A DNA stretch of 21,429 nucleotides from a virus (taxonomy: Duplodnaviria; Heunggongvirae; Uroviricota; Caudoviricetes). A model generated the notes under the pieces. That model made no database searches. It saw only the letters and a list, made by a program, of their open reading frames with translations, and was not told where the DNA came from. The translations under genes were made by a program, and so were the position numbers. The first letter of the stretch is position 1; the number at the start of each line of letters is the position of its first letter. This document shows, in pieces, positions 19,351-21,429 of this stretch. The DNA lies in the IMG/VR virus record IMGVR_UViG_2609459820_000008, one strand, 5' to 3'.

Positions 19351-19380
19351 AACCCGCCATCGAGCGGGTTTTGTTGTTTC
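19351..19380 (+). terminator. Rho-independent terminator downstream of the Q-like gene (candidate tR')
   Basis: Hairpin AACCCGC-CATCGA-GCGGGTT followed by TTGTTGTTTC. Confidence 0.6.
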
Positions 19381-19439
19381 TGTGGTGTGATATCAGAAAC
19401 GACATTTAATCATCGCCTTCAAAATAAATTTATTTATAT

Positions 19440-19560
19440 GTTGTTGTATATATTTTAAGTGAAAGTGAATTATTCACATAAAATAAAAACATATAAATAA
19501 ATTTACATAACTTGACGCAAAGTGTTGTTGCGATTGGAATATTAAATCGTATTATCGAAA
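19440..19560 (+). promoter_or_regulatory. Candidate promoter with AT-rich UP-like region driving the tRNA genes
   Basis: Very AT-rich tract 19440-19510, then TTGACG (19512-19517) and alternative TTGCGA-N16-TATTAT (19528-19555) about 60 nt upstream of the first tRNA. Exact -10/-35 assignment uncertain. Confidence 0.4.
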
Positions 19561-19618
19561 ACGGTTCTGAGGGGGAACTCTTCTTTGCTCGGTGATATCG
19601 CTCCCCTGAAGAACCAAT

Positions 19619-19694
<76 letters not shown>

Positions 19695-19697
19695 TAT

Positions 19698-19772
<75 letters not shown>

Positions 19773-20128
19773 GAGAAACAAGCCTTATTGTATCGTGGCA
19801 CTGGCGTATTTTTTATTACGTGGGGTGGGTTGTTTTAAAAAGACAATCCGTTCTCTGACTATGATTGGAGGTCGGTTGTAGTCACAGTGCTAATTTTTTT
19901 ACGGCAGCAGAATGGTGCATTATCGGTGGAGATTTTGTATTTCCTGGCAGGGTCGGTGATGCATCATTCTGGTGTTGTAAAAGCACCGCAGAGGTGTTCC
20001 TCAGTGCGAGGGTGGTTTAGATAGTGGTTTGGCGGGGAATCACAATATCTGTTGTAGAGATGGATATTTCGGGAGGCACCCGACACCTCGATTCTTATTA
20101 CAATAAAATGATTTATCTCATGCAGTGA

Positions 20129-20158
20129 CCAACCGCCATATTTGGCGGTTTTTTTTAT
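20129..20158 (+). terminator. Strong Rho-independent terminator
   Basis: Hairpin AACCGCC-ATATTT-GGCGGTT followed by a run of eight T, about 355 nt downstream of the tRNA pair. Confidence 0.75.
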
Positions 20159-20546
20159 TCCTTCCTCAGGACAAAAAAAGACACGAGCATCCTGGAATAC
20201 TCGTGGGACAAAGTCCTTTAGATAGCAATTTGCGAGAGGGTAAAAAAGTAGCGCGGTCGTCGGATTAAGCCCGCGGGACAAAGTCCATGAAGAATAATAA
20301 GTATTGGCCCCCTTCTGGGGACATGTTCATACTACTAAGCTTCAGAAGTGGTTTAAATCATCAAATTGACCTTAATTTTCGATAAGTCTTATTTCATTTC
20401 TTTGCGCCACATCTGGCGCGCATCAAATAACGCCACGCAAAGGGCATCTGCGGATGCCGGTGCTTTTGACGGGGTGTTTTTTACGGGCCGCTGGTGGCCA
20501 TTTTTTGTTTCCATTACACAGCGCCCGCATCTGCGAGGTGGGGGTT

Positions 20547-20762
20547 ATGAAATCCATGGATAAGTTAACAACGGGTGTCGCCTATGGCACCTCCGCAGGC
20601 AGTGCTGGCTACTGGTTTTTACAGTTGCTCGATAGAGTAACTCCGTCACAGTGGGCTGCAATCGGTGTGCTGGGTAGTCTGGTATTTGGCCTGCTGACGT
20701 ACCTGACAAACCTTTATTTCAAGATTAAAGAAGATAAGCGCAAGGCTGCGAGAGGTGAATAA
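20547..20762 (+). CDS. S: Class II holin (phage-21 S-type pinholin), dual-start motif MKSMDK
   Basis: 71 aa [31 protein letters not shown]...[11 protein letters not shown]: two transmembrane segments, charged C-terminus. Start within the 102-aa ORF chosen by GGTGGGGG RBS and similarity to recalled S21/EssD. Confidence 0.85.
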   Translation: MKSMDKLTTGVAYGTSAGSAGYWFLQLLDRVTPSQWAAIGVLGSLVFGLLTYLTNLYFKIKEDKRKAARGE

Positions 20763-21259
20763 TGCCTCCATCATTACGAAAAGCCGTTGCTGCTGCTATT
20801 GGTGGCGGAGCAATTGCTATAGCATCAGTGTTAATCACTGGCCCAAGTGGTAACGATGGTCTGGAAGGTGTCAGCTACATACCATATAAAGATATCGTTG
20901 GTGTATGGACTGTATGTCACGGACACACCGGAAAAGACATCATTCCCGGTAAAACGTATACCGAAGCAGAATGCAAAGCCCTCCTGAATAAAGACCTTGC
21001 CACGGTCGCCAGACAAATTAACCCGTACATCAAAGTCGATATACCGGAAACAACGCGCGGCGCTCTTTACTCATTCGTTTACAACGTGGGTGCTGGCAAT
21101 TTCAGAACATCGACGCTTCTTCGCAAAATAAACCAGGGCGATATCAAAGGCGCATGTGATCAGCTACGTCGCTGGACATATGCTGGCGGTAAGCAATGGA
21201 AAGGTCTCATGACTCGTCGTGAGATTGAGCGTGAAATCTGTTTGTGGGGTCAGCAATGA
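20762..21259 (+). CDS. R: SAR endolysin (T4-lysozyme-like muramidase with N-terminal signal-anchor-release domain), phage-21 R-type
   Basis: 165 aa. N-terminal Gly/Ala-rich weakly hydrophobic segment ([20 protein letters not shown]) followed by lysozyme-like domain. Start overlaps the holin stop. Confidence 0.9.
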   Translation: MPPSLRKAVAAAIGGGAIAIASVLITGPSGNDGLEGVSYIPYKDIVGVWTVCHGHTGKDIIPGKTYTEAECKALLNKDLATVARQINPYIKVDIPETTRGALYSFVYNVGAGNFRTSTLLRKINQGDIKGACDQLRRWTYAGGKQWKGLMTRREIEREICLWGQQ

Positions 21260-21429
21260 ACAGAGTAACCGCGATTATCTCCGCTCTGGTTATCTGCATC
21301 GTCGTCTGCCTGTCATGGGCTGTTAATCATTACCGTGATAACGCCATCGCCTACAAAGAACAGCGCGACAAAAATGCCAGAGAACTGAAGCTGGCGAACG
21401 CGGCAATTACTGACATGCAGATGCGTCAG
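21256..21429 (+). CDS. Rz: Rz-like inner-membrane spanin subunit, N-terminal part (continues past window end)
   Basis: ATG at 21256 overlapping the endolysin stop (ATGA). [58 protein letters not shown]: N-terminal TM anchor followed by coiled-coil-like sequence. Confidence 0.7.
   Translation, partial: MNRVTAIISALVICIVVCLSWAVNHYRDNAIAYKEQRDKNARELKLANAAITDMQMRQ

Noticed and set aside
19964-20281. 105-aa minus-strand ORF between the tRNAs and the holin
   Set aside because: Spans a strong plus-strand terminator hairpin and has no RBS; probably noncoding.
19773-20546. Looked for a Shiga toxin (stxAB) or other toxin moron in the tRNA-to-holin slot
   Set aside because: No ORF of suitable size or signal-peptide character is present; the region appears noncoding.
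20366-20563. 65-aa plus-strand ORF upstream of the holin
   Set aside because: Runs into the holin start and contains several hairpin-forming sequences; no RBS; more likely late regulatory DNA.

Overview
This window reads as the left boundary and most of a Rac-like lambdoid prophage in an Escherichia/Shigella-type genome, flanked on the left by the 5' end of a sitABCD-type Mn/Fe uptake operon. All calls are from reading the sequence and ORF track, with family assignments from recall; no database search was run. Left to right: sitB (partial) and sitA on the minus strand with MntR and Fur boxes; a GGGGCAAA-repeat zone that may be the att/arm region; integrase and excisionase; a leftward early operon (ralR, recT, recE, racC, ydaE, kilR, ydaF, ydaG); a RacR repressor flanked by PL-like and PR-like promoters with shared operators; a rightward operon (ydaS, ydaT, ydaU, DnaC-like ydaV, two unknowns); a nin-like region with YbcO-like and putative Q proteins; two tRNAs; and a phage-21-type lysis cassette. 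Two things stand out. First, a low-GC two-gene cargo (AAA+ ATPase translationally coupled to a 754-aa S8 subtilase) sits in the moron slot between replication and nin genes and is the strongest candidate for an anti-phage/abortive-infection module; it resembles the ATPase-plus-subtilase IetAS architecture. Second, a perfect 4 x 122-bp noncoding tandem repeat lies inside the leftward early operon where Rac of K-12 carries sieB.
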